The translations under genes were made by a program, and so were the position numbers. The notes under the pieces were generated by a model that saw only the letters and a program-made list of their open reading frames with translations, was not told where the DNA came from and searched no databases. This document shows positions 42,425 through 50,414 of a DNA stretch of 64,000 nt, one piece after another. Source of the stretch: Bdellovibrio sp. (GTDB taxonomy: Bacteria > Bdellovibrionota > Bdellovibrionia > Bdellovibrionales > Bdellovibrionaceae); the NCBI GenBank assembly GCA_043747435.1, contig JAYTPD010000021.1, positions 75,643 through 139,642 on the forward strand, in the 5' to 3' direction. Each line of letters starts with the position of its first letter. The stretch's first letter is position 1.

Positions 42425-45400
42425 TTACGGGCTAATCCTCACGAGACGGAACCCCACATCGTTGCCAAGAGCACCAGGCGGGCCGTAGCTGCGATCACCG
42501 GAACGCAAGCGCTGCGCATCGTGGTACCAACTACCGCCACGCATGACGCGGGAAGAGCCCTTTACAGGGCCTTGTGGATCTTGTCCACCCTTGAGTTTTT
42601 TATTGTCCCAATCTTTATTCCATTCCCAAACATTGCCTTCTAGATCAAAGAAAGGCTTTCCATCAATCATGCGGGGTTGAAGCGTTGCTACTGCATGCGT
42701 TTTATTGCCTGAGTTTCCAGAAAACCAAGCGTGGTTCGGCACATCAGCCTCGTCGTCGCGATCAAAATGCTTTTCGTTAGCATTCCCACGATCACGCATC
42801 GTAAATTCCCATTGGGCTTCGGTTGGTAAATCGTAAACATCGCCTTTTTTATGTCCGGGGATTAGCTTGTCTAACAAAGCTTGATCTTTTGCATCGCCGG
42901 AATTTGAAAGCTTATTTAAACCAACTAAAAATTCTTTAATATCTTTATAGCTGACCTGTTCAACTGGATGGTCAGGCTTCATCTGAACATCAATGCCTTC
43001 TATATTTACCGTCGTGCTATCTGTACCAGTTTTAAATTTTGATGGATTAATTTTGCCAAGATCTTTTTCACCCATTGCAACTTTAAGTCGAGACCACATC
43101 ATTTGCGTCACTTGTGTCTGCATCATCGCAAAAGGTTTTGTGATTTTAGTATCAATTTGAGCATCACCCATTTTGAATTTTCCAGGAGTTATTTCATGGA
43201 AAGTCATTTTCTTAGCTAAGTTCACTGGATCAAGAGCTTCTTTAACAACTTTTTTCTGCTCTTCTTTTTTCTTTTCTTCCTGTTTACCAGTGTCTTTAGT
43301 TTCAGCTTGGATTTTTAAAATGATCTCTTTCATTTTTTCTTTTAATTGATCACGTGTCATAACTTTATGATCTTCAAGATACTTAATAAGCTCGGCCTCT
43401 TTTTTAACGTAATCCTGTTTAAGCGCAGTTAACTGTAAAGAACTTGCACCCTGAATTTTTTCTGTTTCAAGTTTTAGTCTGAATCTTGATAAGTTATCAA
43501 TAGCTGAGGCAACTGATTTTTTAATATCTGCTGGCACTTTACTTTGGTTTAAACCTGGGAATAGCTCAGGATATTTTGTAATTTCTGACTTGTACTCGGA
43601 CATAAAGTCGTGCGTGACTGAATTGACCACTTGAACGTAATCTCTGGCTTCATCAATCATCATTTCTAAATGAAATCTTGTGCGTGAATCCAGTACGCCT
43701 GATCCCAGAAGTCTTTCAATGACTTGCGAATCGTTTTTAAATACTAAAGTACCATCTTGATCGTATGCGCTTGTAATTTTTTGTGGAGCCCAGTAGCCAA
43801 GACCTTCAAAGAACAGATTTAAATCTTTCATCTCAACCGTAGTTCTAATATCTTTAAAAGCCACACCTTGCATCAGTTGATGAACGATGAATCTAGCCTT
43901 AAACTGATCAATCAATTTAATCACAGTTCTATCCGATGCACTTCCAGCGGCGGAAACATAGTAATCTGGAAATTCACGTGCATCCATTTTGTTAGCCTTA
44001 CGAGTTTCTTCTTCTTTTTTAATTCTTAAGGCCAAGAATTTTTCTTGAATCTTTGCTAACGCCTCTTTAACTGCTGGATTTTCAAATTCAACTTGATCAA
44101 CCAAAGGCTTAAGCTCGCCAACAGCTAAAAGACCTTTCCAGTTTGGTGAAATTCCTTTTTCAAGATTAGATAAAAACTGAGTTAAAGCTTGCTCTGATGA
44201 AATTTTGTTCGAGACGTAAACTTTGTTCGCTGCACGGTCCATGACCGCTTCGCCCGTTGATCTGTCTTCGTGATAAGAATCTAGAAACTCACTCGGCATT
44301 TTGTTTGATGTTAAAATAGCTGTTCTTAAAGCTGTTTTAATAACTTGGTTACCCGCAAAAACTTCACGTTCATTCAAAATCGAAAGAAGTGCTGTAATCG
44401 TTTGCGGATTGGCTTTATCAACTTCATCTAAAATTGCGAAAATAAATTTTTCTGATGCTAAGCTTGTTGATGTTTCAATTTCTTCAATACCATCGTTTAA
44501 TTGCTTCTCGATTTTTGGAAAACCAACTAAAACGCCTTCTGGTAATAACTTATGGAACTGAAGCAAAAATCGCTCAAACACTTTTGGCTTTTCATGGCGC
44601 ATTTTTTCTAAAACTGCATGAATAAATTTTTGATCCGCTTTTTTACTGGTTAAAACTTTTTTAGTAAAAGCGTCAATCTGATCAGCGTTCAACTTCTTAA
44701 GCTCTGATTTTAAAATCACTTCCGCTAACGCAGTTTTTGCTCCGCCCGGAGGACCAAACACATAAAGATGATTTTCCGATAATATTCCTGTTAAATGGGC
44801 TTCGATAGAATGTTCAAGCTCGACAAACCTTTGCTTGATGGCGCGAACTTCGTACCCCATCCAGTCGTAGTATCTTCCAACTTTCTCTTTTTCAGGAGCT
44901 GTCATCATTTCACGTCTGAAAGCTCTGATCTCTTTAGATGATCTTGGTGGCAGTAGCTTCTGTGCGGCTTGGGCTGGGCGCTGTGTGTTCTTGTCAGATT
45001 GTTGATTTAATGTCTCTGCAAATTGCTGTAAGTCCTGTTTAATACTTTCAAGCTCTTTCGCCGTTCGTTCTTTCACTGTGCCTTTAGCTAAAAGTTTATC
45101 AATAGATGTTGAATCAACTTCAAACTGAGGCTTTGTCAAATCAACTTTATTTGTGGCTAGGATTTCGTTCAGTCGATTTCCAATCGTGTTGTCATCAACT
45201 GAGTAGTCTTTAAATTCAGGAGTTTTGCTATCAACAATCCACTTACTTTGGCCAGCCTGATTTTCTAATTTTAAAATGATTTGCGTGTTTCCTTCCAGAT
45301 CTTGAAGGAAAAGCTTTCCGTCATACGGCGAGTATTCGACCTGAAGCTGCGATTTTATACCAAGGTCTGATTGGACTTGAATTCCATGAGCCGTTATTTT

Positions 45401-46588
45401 GCCGTCTTTAATTTCAGTGACTTTAAAAGTTTTAAGTCTAACTTGAGATGGACCAATGTAGAGTGCGCTTTTTGCTAATAATGCTAAATCTTCTTTCTGC
45501 GGAGTTAGACGCACTTTTTCAAATGGCACACCCTGCATCAACTGATGAGCTACAAGTGAAGCCTTAAAAACTTGAACCATTCTTCGTACAGAACGATTCG
45601 AGAACTGATTAGCCGGAAAGTATTCACTTTCGGCTTCATCGTATCTGACTTGTTCCCTAGATTTATCAGCCTTACTTGTAACGTAGCGATCAAAAGTTCT
45701 AGCAATTTCTACGATGTCTGCCATCATGTCGTCTGAAATTTTAACTTTATTGACTAATACTTCTAAAGCTCCCAGAGGAAGATTGATTTTTAATTTTTGT
45801 GGATTTTTAACAAGGTCATACATTGCAATCGTTTCGCGACTTGATAACTGCTGATTCGGGATGTGAATTTTAATTGCCATACGATCAAGTAATGCTTCGC
45901 CTGATGGACGATCAGAATAAAAACCTTGAATGAATTCACCTGTTGTTTTGTTCGACGTAAACACGCCGCTAGCTAAAATACTATCGACAACCTTAGATCC
46001 TAGAAAAGCTTTTCTTTCATTTAATACAGATAAAAGAGCATTTAAAACGGCCGGGTTTGATTTTTCAGCTTCATCAGCGATCAAAAATAAAAATTGATCC
46101 CCTACAAGTGAACTTTTGGTTTCAATTTCGTATTTTCCTTCTTTCATCATACTGGAAAACTTTTGAAATCCTGAAATTTTTCCTTCAGAAATTAATTTAT
46201 GAAATTGAAGCAAAAAGATCTTTTTATCACCCTCAGGAATAGAATTTAAAACTGATTGAAACATGATCCGAGATAAAAATGTTTTAGCGCCGCCGGGCTC
46301 TCCATTGATCCACACAAATTCTTTAGCTAAAATAGCAGTTGTCAGTGCCTCAATAACCTGTGATCTTCCGTAGACGGCTTGATCAATCTGCTTTAATGCA
46401 TTAACTGATTCTGCCCAAGTCACCTGTGATGATCTAGCTGGGGCTTGAACCAAAGCTTGTGGCGATACCTTCGAAGACACCTTATCTATAAATAGATCTT
46501 CACATCTATTTGTGGCATTTGCTGAAAGAGCATTTCCAGTTAAAGCTAACAATAATATAGAGGTCTTTAAACTAATTATTTTCGACAT
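42425..46588 (-). CDS. Exported giant protein: signal peptide + NRCEDLF motif + two RavA/MoxR-like AAA+ modules + C-terminal FGE/SUMF1-like (formylglycine-generating-enzyme fold) domain
   Basis: Signal peptide MSKIISLKTSILLLALTGNALSANA. Walker A GEPGGAKT (aa 96-103) and GPPGGAKT (aa 612-619). Walker B/sensor blocks LIADEAEKSNPAVLNALLSVLNER and AILDEVDKANPQTITALLSILNER. RavA-like SNRSVRRM / SDRTVIKL helices. FGE-fold motifs at aa ~1127-1387: LPTEAQWEF, GNVWEWNKDW, RVMRGGSW, GFRLVR. Confidence 0.85.
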   Translation of the reverse strand: MSKIISLKTSILLLALTGNALSANATNRCEDLFIDKVSSKVSPQALVQAPARSSQVTWAESVNALKQIDQAVYGRSQVIEALTTAILAKEFVWINGEPGGAKTFLSRIMFQSVLNSIPEGDKKIFLLQFHKLISEGKISGFQKFSSMMKEGKYEIETKSSLVGDQFLFLIADEAEKSNPAVLNALLSVLNERKAFLGSKVVDSILASGVFTSNKTTGEFIQGFYSDRPSGEALLDRMAIKIHIPNQQLSSRETIAMYDLVKNPQKLKINLPLGALEVLVNKVKISDDMMADIVEIARTFDRYVTSKADKSREQVRYDEAESEYFPANQFSNRSVRRMVQVFKASLVAHQLMQGVPFEKVRLTPQKEDLALLAKSALYIGPSQVRLKTFKVTEIKDGKITAHGIQVQSDLGIKSQLQVEYSPYDGKLFLQDLEGNTQIILKLENQAGQSKWIVDSKTPEFKDYSVDDNTIGNRLNEILATNKVDLTKPQFEVDSTSIDKLLAKGTVKERTAKELESIKQDLQQFAETLNQQSDKNTQRPAQAAQKLLPPRSSKEIRAFRREMMTAPEKEKVGRYYDWMGYEVRAIKQRFVELEHSIEAHLTGILSENHLYVFGPPGGAKTALAEVILKSELKKLNADQIDAFTKKVLTSKKADQKFIHAVLEKMRHEKPKVFERFLLQFHKLLPEGVLVGFPKIEKQLNDGIEEIETSTSLASEKFIFAILDEVDKANPQTITALLSILNEREVFAGNQVIKTALRTAILTSNKMPSEFLDSYHEDRSTGEAVMDRAANKVYVSNKISSEQALTQFLSNLEKGISPNWKGLLAVGELKPLVDQVEFENPAVKEALAKIQEKFLALRIKKEEETRKANKMDAREFPDYYVSAAGSASDRTVIKLIDQFKARFIVHQLMQGVAFKDIRTTVEMKDLNLFFEGLGYWAPQKITSAYDQDGTLVFKNDSQVIERLLGSGVLDSRTRFHLEMMIDEARDYVQVVNSVTHDFMSEYKSEITKYPELFPGLNQSKVPADIKKSVASAIDNLSRFRLKLETEKIQGASSLQLTALKQDYVKKEAELIKYLEDHKVMTRDQLKEKMKEIILKIQAETKDTGKQEEKKKEEQKKVVKEALDPVNLAKKMTFHEITPGKFKMGDAQIDTKITKPFAMMQTQVTQMMWSRLKVAMGEKDLGKINPSKFKTGTDSTTVNIEGIDVQMKPDHPVEQVSYKDIKEFLVGLNKLSNSGDAKDQALLDKLIPGHKKGDVYDLPTEAQWEFTMRDRGNANEKHFDRDDEADVPNHAWFSGNSGNKTHAVATLQPRMIDGKPFFDLEGNVWEWNKDWDNKKLKGGQDPQGPVKGSSRVMRGGSWYHDAQRLRSGDRSYGPPGALGNDVGFRLVRISP

Positions 46589-46750
46589 AGGTTCTCCATA
46601 ATTACATTCGATACAATAATTATGCCGCCATCTGTTTATGTATCACTTTAAAACATTCGTTTAATTTTTTAAAAAAAGTGTCTCAGTTCGATACACTTAG
46701 TTGATTTTTTGACAGCTCACGAGGCCCCAGTTTTGCAAAACATACATTTG
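46589..46750. promoter_or_regulatory. Divergent promoter region between the two giant genes
   Basis: A 162-bp AT-rich spacer between divergent starts. It contains two direct copies of TTCGATACA (46607-46615 and 46687-46695). Confidence 0.4.
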
Positions 46751-49700
46751 ATGAAAAAATTTATTTCGTACTTATCTTTAATATTAGCTCTTCATTTTAT
46801 AGGCGCCAATGCTCATGCGGCCAATCGTTGCGAGGATCTATTTTCACCCACTTCTACAGCTAAAACTGAAAACAAATCTTTAACTTCGACTAACGAATCT
46901 TGGGAACAACTTTATAAAAAATCTGATCTAAGTCCAAGACCCGCATTGTGGCTAAAGATTAGACAGTCGTTAGAAAAACACGTCACTCATCTTCAAAACC
47001 CTTTAGAAACGGCTGGCACTGATGCGAATAAAATTGGGGCCGTTTACAAATCGATGGTCTTAGAGCTTCCACTTTTAAAGACACTGATCGAAGCTGATCG
47101 GCTGCCAAGATTAAGTCATGCTGACTTTATTACTTTAAAAAGGCTAACCGCTAATCAAATTATTTCTATCAGCCACAAACCAAACTCGGCACTTCAAGTT
47201 TTTGCTAGCCTTGAAGCTTTAAAATATATTTCTTCAATCGAATCTCGCGTAGAATTCCCAAGAACTAAAGAGGAAATCGAAAAAGAGACTAAAAAACAAG
47301 AGGAAGAAAAAAAGAAGCAGGAAAAGAAAGAGAAAAAGAAAGAGAAAAAGAAAAAAGACAAAAAAGATCAGCCTGAAGACGATGAACCGCCTAAATGGAA
47401 TAAGACTGAAGATAAATACAAGCCTGAAAATAAAGATATAAGTTCTGAAGATGGCGGTAAGAAAAAAAGTGCCGACATCTTAATGACGAATGCCGATGTA
47501 CCAAAACGTCTTTTAAGACAAAAAATCTATGATCTTTTTGATCTAAATAATTGGTCATCAAATACTGTTCAGCGAAACGCTTTAGTTCGTGAAAATTCTT
47601 TTACTAAAAAGATGATTATCGACTCACTTGGTGAATCTGAAGTCGATGTTCCAGTTCCTTATGGATATACACTTGTTCCTGGAAAACACACAGGTTATGA
47701 GATAAAAGAAATTGGTCCTGGTGAATTTAAACTTTATCCAAGTTCTAAAGATAAATCCATAATCGGCTTAAGTCGAATTATTGATGAACCACATAATTCA
47801 AGCTTGCGCCGTCCTGTTGGGACTGATGTAACCGCGCACTGGCCGAAACACTTAATCACTTTTACTGAAAGCTTGCGCGGGCTATCAGCCGTCGATGCGG
47901 CTGCGAAAATGGAAAAGTATATTTCTTTAGATGGTGGATTTTTATATTACTCAAAAGGTGATAAAATCGATGAGGCCGAGCTATCTAAGATAGACCAAAA
48001 AATGAATTCTCTTTTATCACAAATGCCAAAACCAATGGCTATGGCAAACGCAGGAGCCTTTAACTGCGACGGTGCTGCGTGGATTGGTGCTATTTTACTT
48101 CGAGATGTTTTAGGACACCAAGTGCGTATTGCAGGCGGCAGAACTTCGGCTGGAGTAAAAACAATTGAAAATGACAAGTTCCATGTTGTGAGATCATCTG
48201 ATCCAGCCCATGCTTGGCTTGAAGTTTATGATGGCAAAAACTGGAAGCCGTTTGATATGACTCCGAAAAATAATACGCCTGATTCTGATTCAGCTTCTAC
48301 TGATTTAGAAAGAGACGAGCCGCAAGATTCGCCGCCAAAAGACAGTAAGCCTGATCAACAAAAAGGTGAACAAAAATCAAAATCTGACAGCAAAGATAAA
48401 GATGCTGAGAAAAAAGACGAAGAAGCCAAAGAAGAAGATGGCAAAGACGGCGAAGAAAAAGATAAGTCTGATAAAAAAGAAGCTGGCGAAGACAAGGGCG
48501 ATAAATCTGGAAAAGATGAAGTCATTGATGGCGAGACCAGAAAAATTGATGAGCTTATTAAAGCCAAGTCTACACAAAGACAAAAAGACGAATCGCACTT
48601 AGCTTTGATTGATAAGCTTTTAAAGCGAAATGAATTGATGTTTTTAGAACATCTTATTTATGACGGCCATCAAACCAAATTTATGGAAGAATCGAATCAA
48701 GTTTTAACAAGCTTAAAAGCTCAACCAAACTGGAAAAATCAAGTCGAGCGTTCTGAGCAAAAAATATCTGGAATTCTAAATGAATCAAAATTTTCTAAGT
48801 TTGGTGGCTTAAGTCATTTGATTAACGAAATCCGAGTTGATTTCGGTCAAAATAAATCTCGCGACGCAAGACAAAAAATGATGATTGCAGAACGTCTTTT
48901 ACTTAACTTATCTGAATACCGTAATTTAACACGTGCAGAAATTGAATCTTTAACTACAATCCAAAAAATCTCGTCAATGTTGGATCAAGTGAGGCATAAA
49001 AATTCTAAAGAGTTCGATGTGGTCGATGAGCTACTTAAAGATTTACCAGGTAATGTTTCAAAAGAATGGCTACGACGCCAGTACGGAAAAGATTTTGACC
49101 AATTAGGCACTTCGGCAAATATCAAACTTGCAAATGACTTAGTTTCTGGAAAATTAAAGCCCCTTCTTCAAATGGGTGCTGTAAGTGATTTCGTTGATAT
49201 GACGTTAAACTCATCTCAAGAGCCGCAATGGAAAGACGAACCTACTTTAAATAGAAGTATTTTGCCAAAACCACGTCAAGATTTAATCGTAACCCGTAAT
49301 CCACTTGATTTTGCAAAAATGCTTTGGAATTTACGCCCTGGTGAAAATATGTTTGCGCCCACTTTGCAAGGCCGTCAATTTGCTATGGGAAGCTTAGAAA
49401 CCCGCCGTGTTCCAAATCCTAAAAACCCAATCGAGAGAAAAGTTTCTGTTGTGTACTATGATATTTCAGGTTCTATGAACGGTCATCCTTTAGAAACAGT
49501 CGATGCGCTTTTAATGGCTTTTGCAGACACAGCATTATCAGAAGTAGATGCCATCGGTAGACCAACACATGAAATTTATTTAATCCCGTTTGATGATAAA
49601 ATTTACGAAGGCGTTCATATGTCATCACGTGAGGATGCAACAAATTTCTTAGCTAAAAAAATGAATATGCGAACCCAAGCAGCGGGTGGAACAGATATTC

Positions 49701-50392
49701 AAAAAGTCATTGAAAATTTCTACAGTTTAATTTCTTCAAGTTACCAAAATAAATCAGGCCAAGGTCGCGAAAAGTTATTTCAAAAGGCGAATATGGTCTT
49801 ATTCACTGACGGCGGCTCACAAATCGACATGCAAAGAATTGAAGAGGCTAGAAAAAAAATCCCAAGTGCCGTTCAAATTAACATGAATTTTGTGTCGATT
49901 GGTGATTCAGTAAATGAAACTCTTAAAGCTTTATCCTCGAACAGCAAGCTCTCAACAACGAAGCCGACATTCAGAAAAATGAATTCTCAGATGATTAGCT
50001 CGGTTGTTGGCGTTTCATCAAACTACGATCCAGCGGCTTTTGCGACTGCGGAAAAGATTTCTGGCAGAACTTTGGCTGAAATTAACGAGCAACTTCAAAA
50101 AATCAATGTTGATCCTAGACAGCCGGGAAACAAAGACCAAATTGATAAAGCCTTATCGCAGATCCAAATAACTAAATCAGATGTTAGTAAGCTATCTGGT
50201 CTTCGTGAAATTTTAAATTTACAAAAACTTGAAACTGTCATTGATGACATGAAAATTAACCAAGTCACTAAGCAAAGATTGGTTCAGGCCATTGTTGAAT
50301 CCTACACACAACTGACCGGAAGAAGCTGGAAAGATATGACTTATGAAGAGAAAGAAGCCTTAGAAAAATTAAAAAAATGGTCAAGCCAATAA
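46751..50392 (+). CDS. Exported giant protein: signal peptide + NRCEDLF motif + transglutaminase-like cysteine protease core + C-terminal vWA (MIDAS) domain
   Basis: ATG at 46751 gives MKKFISYLSLILALHFIGANAHA. Transglutaminase triad FNCDGAAW (Cys codon 48065-48067), HAWLEVY (His 48209-48211) and FDMTP. vWA MIDAS is DISGSM (from 49460), GGTD and LFTDGG. Two K/E/D-rich low-complexity linkers. Confidence 0.85.
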   Translation: MKKFISYLSLILALHFIGANAHAANRCEDLFSPTSTAKTENKSLTSTNESWEQLYKKSDLSPRPALWLKIRQSLEKHVTHLQNPLETAGTDANKIGAVYKSMVLELPLLKTLIEADRLPRLSHADFITLKRLTANQIISISHKPNSALQVFASLEALKYISSIESRVEFPRTKEEIEKETKKQEEEKKKQEKKEKKKEKKKKDKKDQPEDDEPPKWNKTEDKYKPENKDISSEDGGKKKSADILMTNADVPKRLLRQKIYDLFDLNNWSSNTVQRNALVRENSFTKKMIIDSLGESEVDVPVPYGYTLVPGKHTGYEIKEIGPGEFKLYPSSKDKSIIGLSRIIDEPHNSSLRRPVGTDVTAHWPKHLITFTESLRGLSAVDAAAKMEKYISLDGGFLYYSKGDKIDEAELSKIDQKMNSLLSQMPKPMAMANAGAFNCDGAAWIGAILLRDVLGHQVRIAGGRTSAGVKTIENDKFHVVRSSDPAHAWLEVYDGKNWKPFDMTPKNNTPDSDSASTDLERDEPQDSPPKDSKPDQQKGEQKSKSDSKDKDAEKKDEEAKEEDGKDGEEKDKSDKKEAGEDKGDKSGKDEVIDGETRKIDELIKAKSTQRQKDESHLALIDKLLKRNELMFLEHLIYDGHQTKFMEESNQVLTSLKAQPNWKNQVERSEQKISGILNESKFSKFGGLSHLINEIRVDFGQNKSRDARQKMMIAERLLLNLSEYRNLTRAEIESLTTIQKISSMLDQVRHKNSKEFDVVDELLKDLPGNVSKEWLRRQYGKDFDQLGTSANIKLANDLVSGKLKPLLQMGAVSDFVDMTLNSSQEPQWKDEPTLNRSILPKPRQDLIVTRNPLDFAKMLWNLRPGENMFAPTLQGRQFAMGSLETRRVPNPKNPIERKVSVVYYDISGSMNGHPLETVDALLMAFADTALSEVDAIGRPTHEIYLIPFDDKIYEGVHMSSREDATNFLAKKMNMRTQAAGGTDIQKVIENFYSLISSSYQNKSGQGREKLFQKANMVLFTDGGSQIDMQRIEEARKKIPSAVQINMNFVSIGDSVNETLKALSSNSKLSTTKPTFRKMNSQMISSVVGVSSNYDPAAFATAEKISGRTLAEINEQLQKINVDPRQPGNKDQIDKALSQIQITKSDVSKLSGLREILNLQKLETVIDDMKINQVTKQRLVQAIVESYTQLTGRSWKDMTYEEKEALEKLKKWSSQ

Positions 50393-50414
50393 AAAAATCT
50401 AAATTCAGCTTTCT

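Noticed and set aside
42218-46242. Plus-strand ORFs overlapping the giant ATPase gene (42218-42643, 44301-44561, 46057-46242)
   Set aside because: These are shadow ORFs opposite a 1387-codon frame with clear domain motifs. The ORF at 42218-42643 also spans the terminator-like stem-loop.
46490-46510. Idea that the FGE-like domain converts the conserved NRCEDLF cysteine to formylglycine
   Set aside because: The motif is not the CxPxR FGE recognition sequence, and the FGE-like domain contains no cysteine, so it lacks the catalytic pair. A lipobox reading was rejected too, because Arg is at -1 and the Cys is at +4 of the predicted cleavage site.
48355-48602. Three overlapping small ORFs and an apparent repeat array in the region encoding the second charged linker
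   Set aside because: The periodicity comes from purine-rich K/E/D codons of the in-frame low-complexity linker of the transglutaminase-vWA protein. It is not a CRISPR-like or tandem DNA repeat with spacers.
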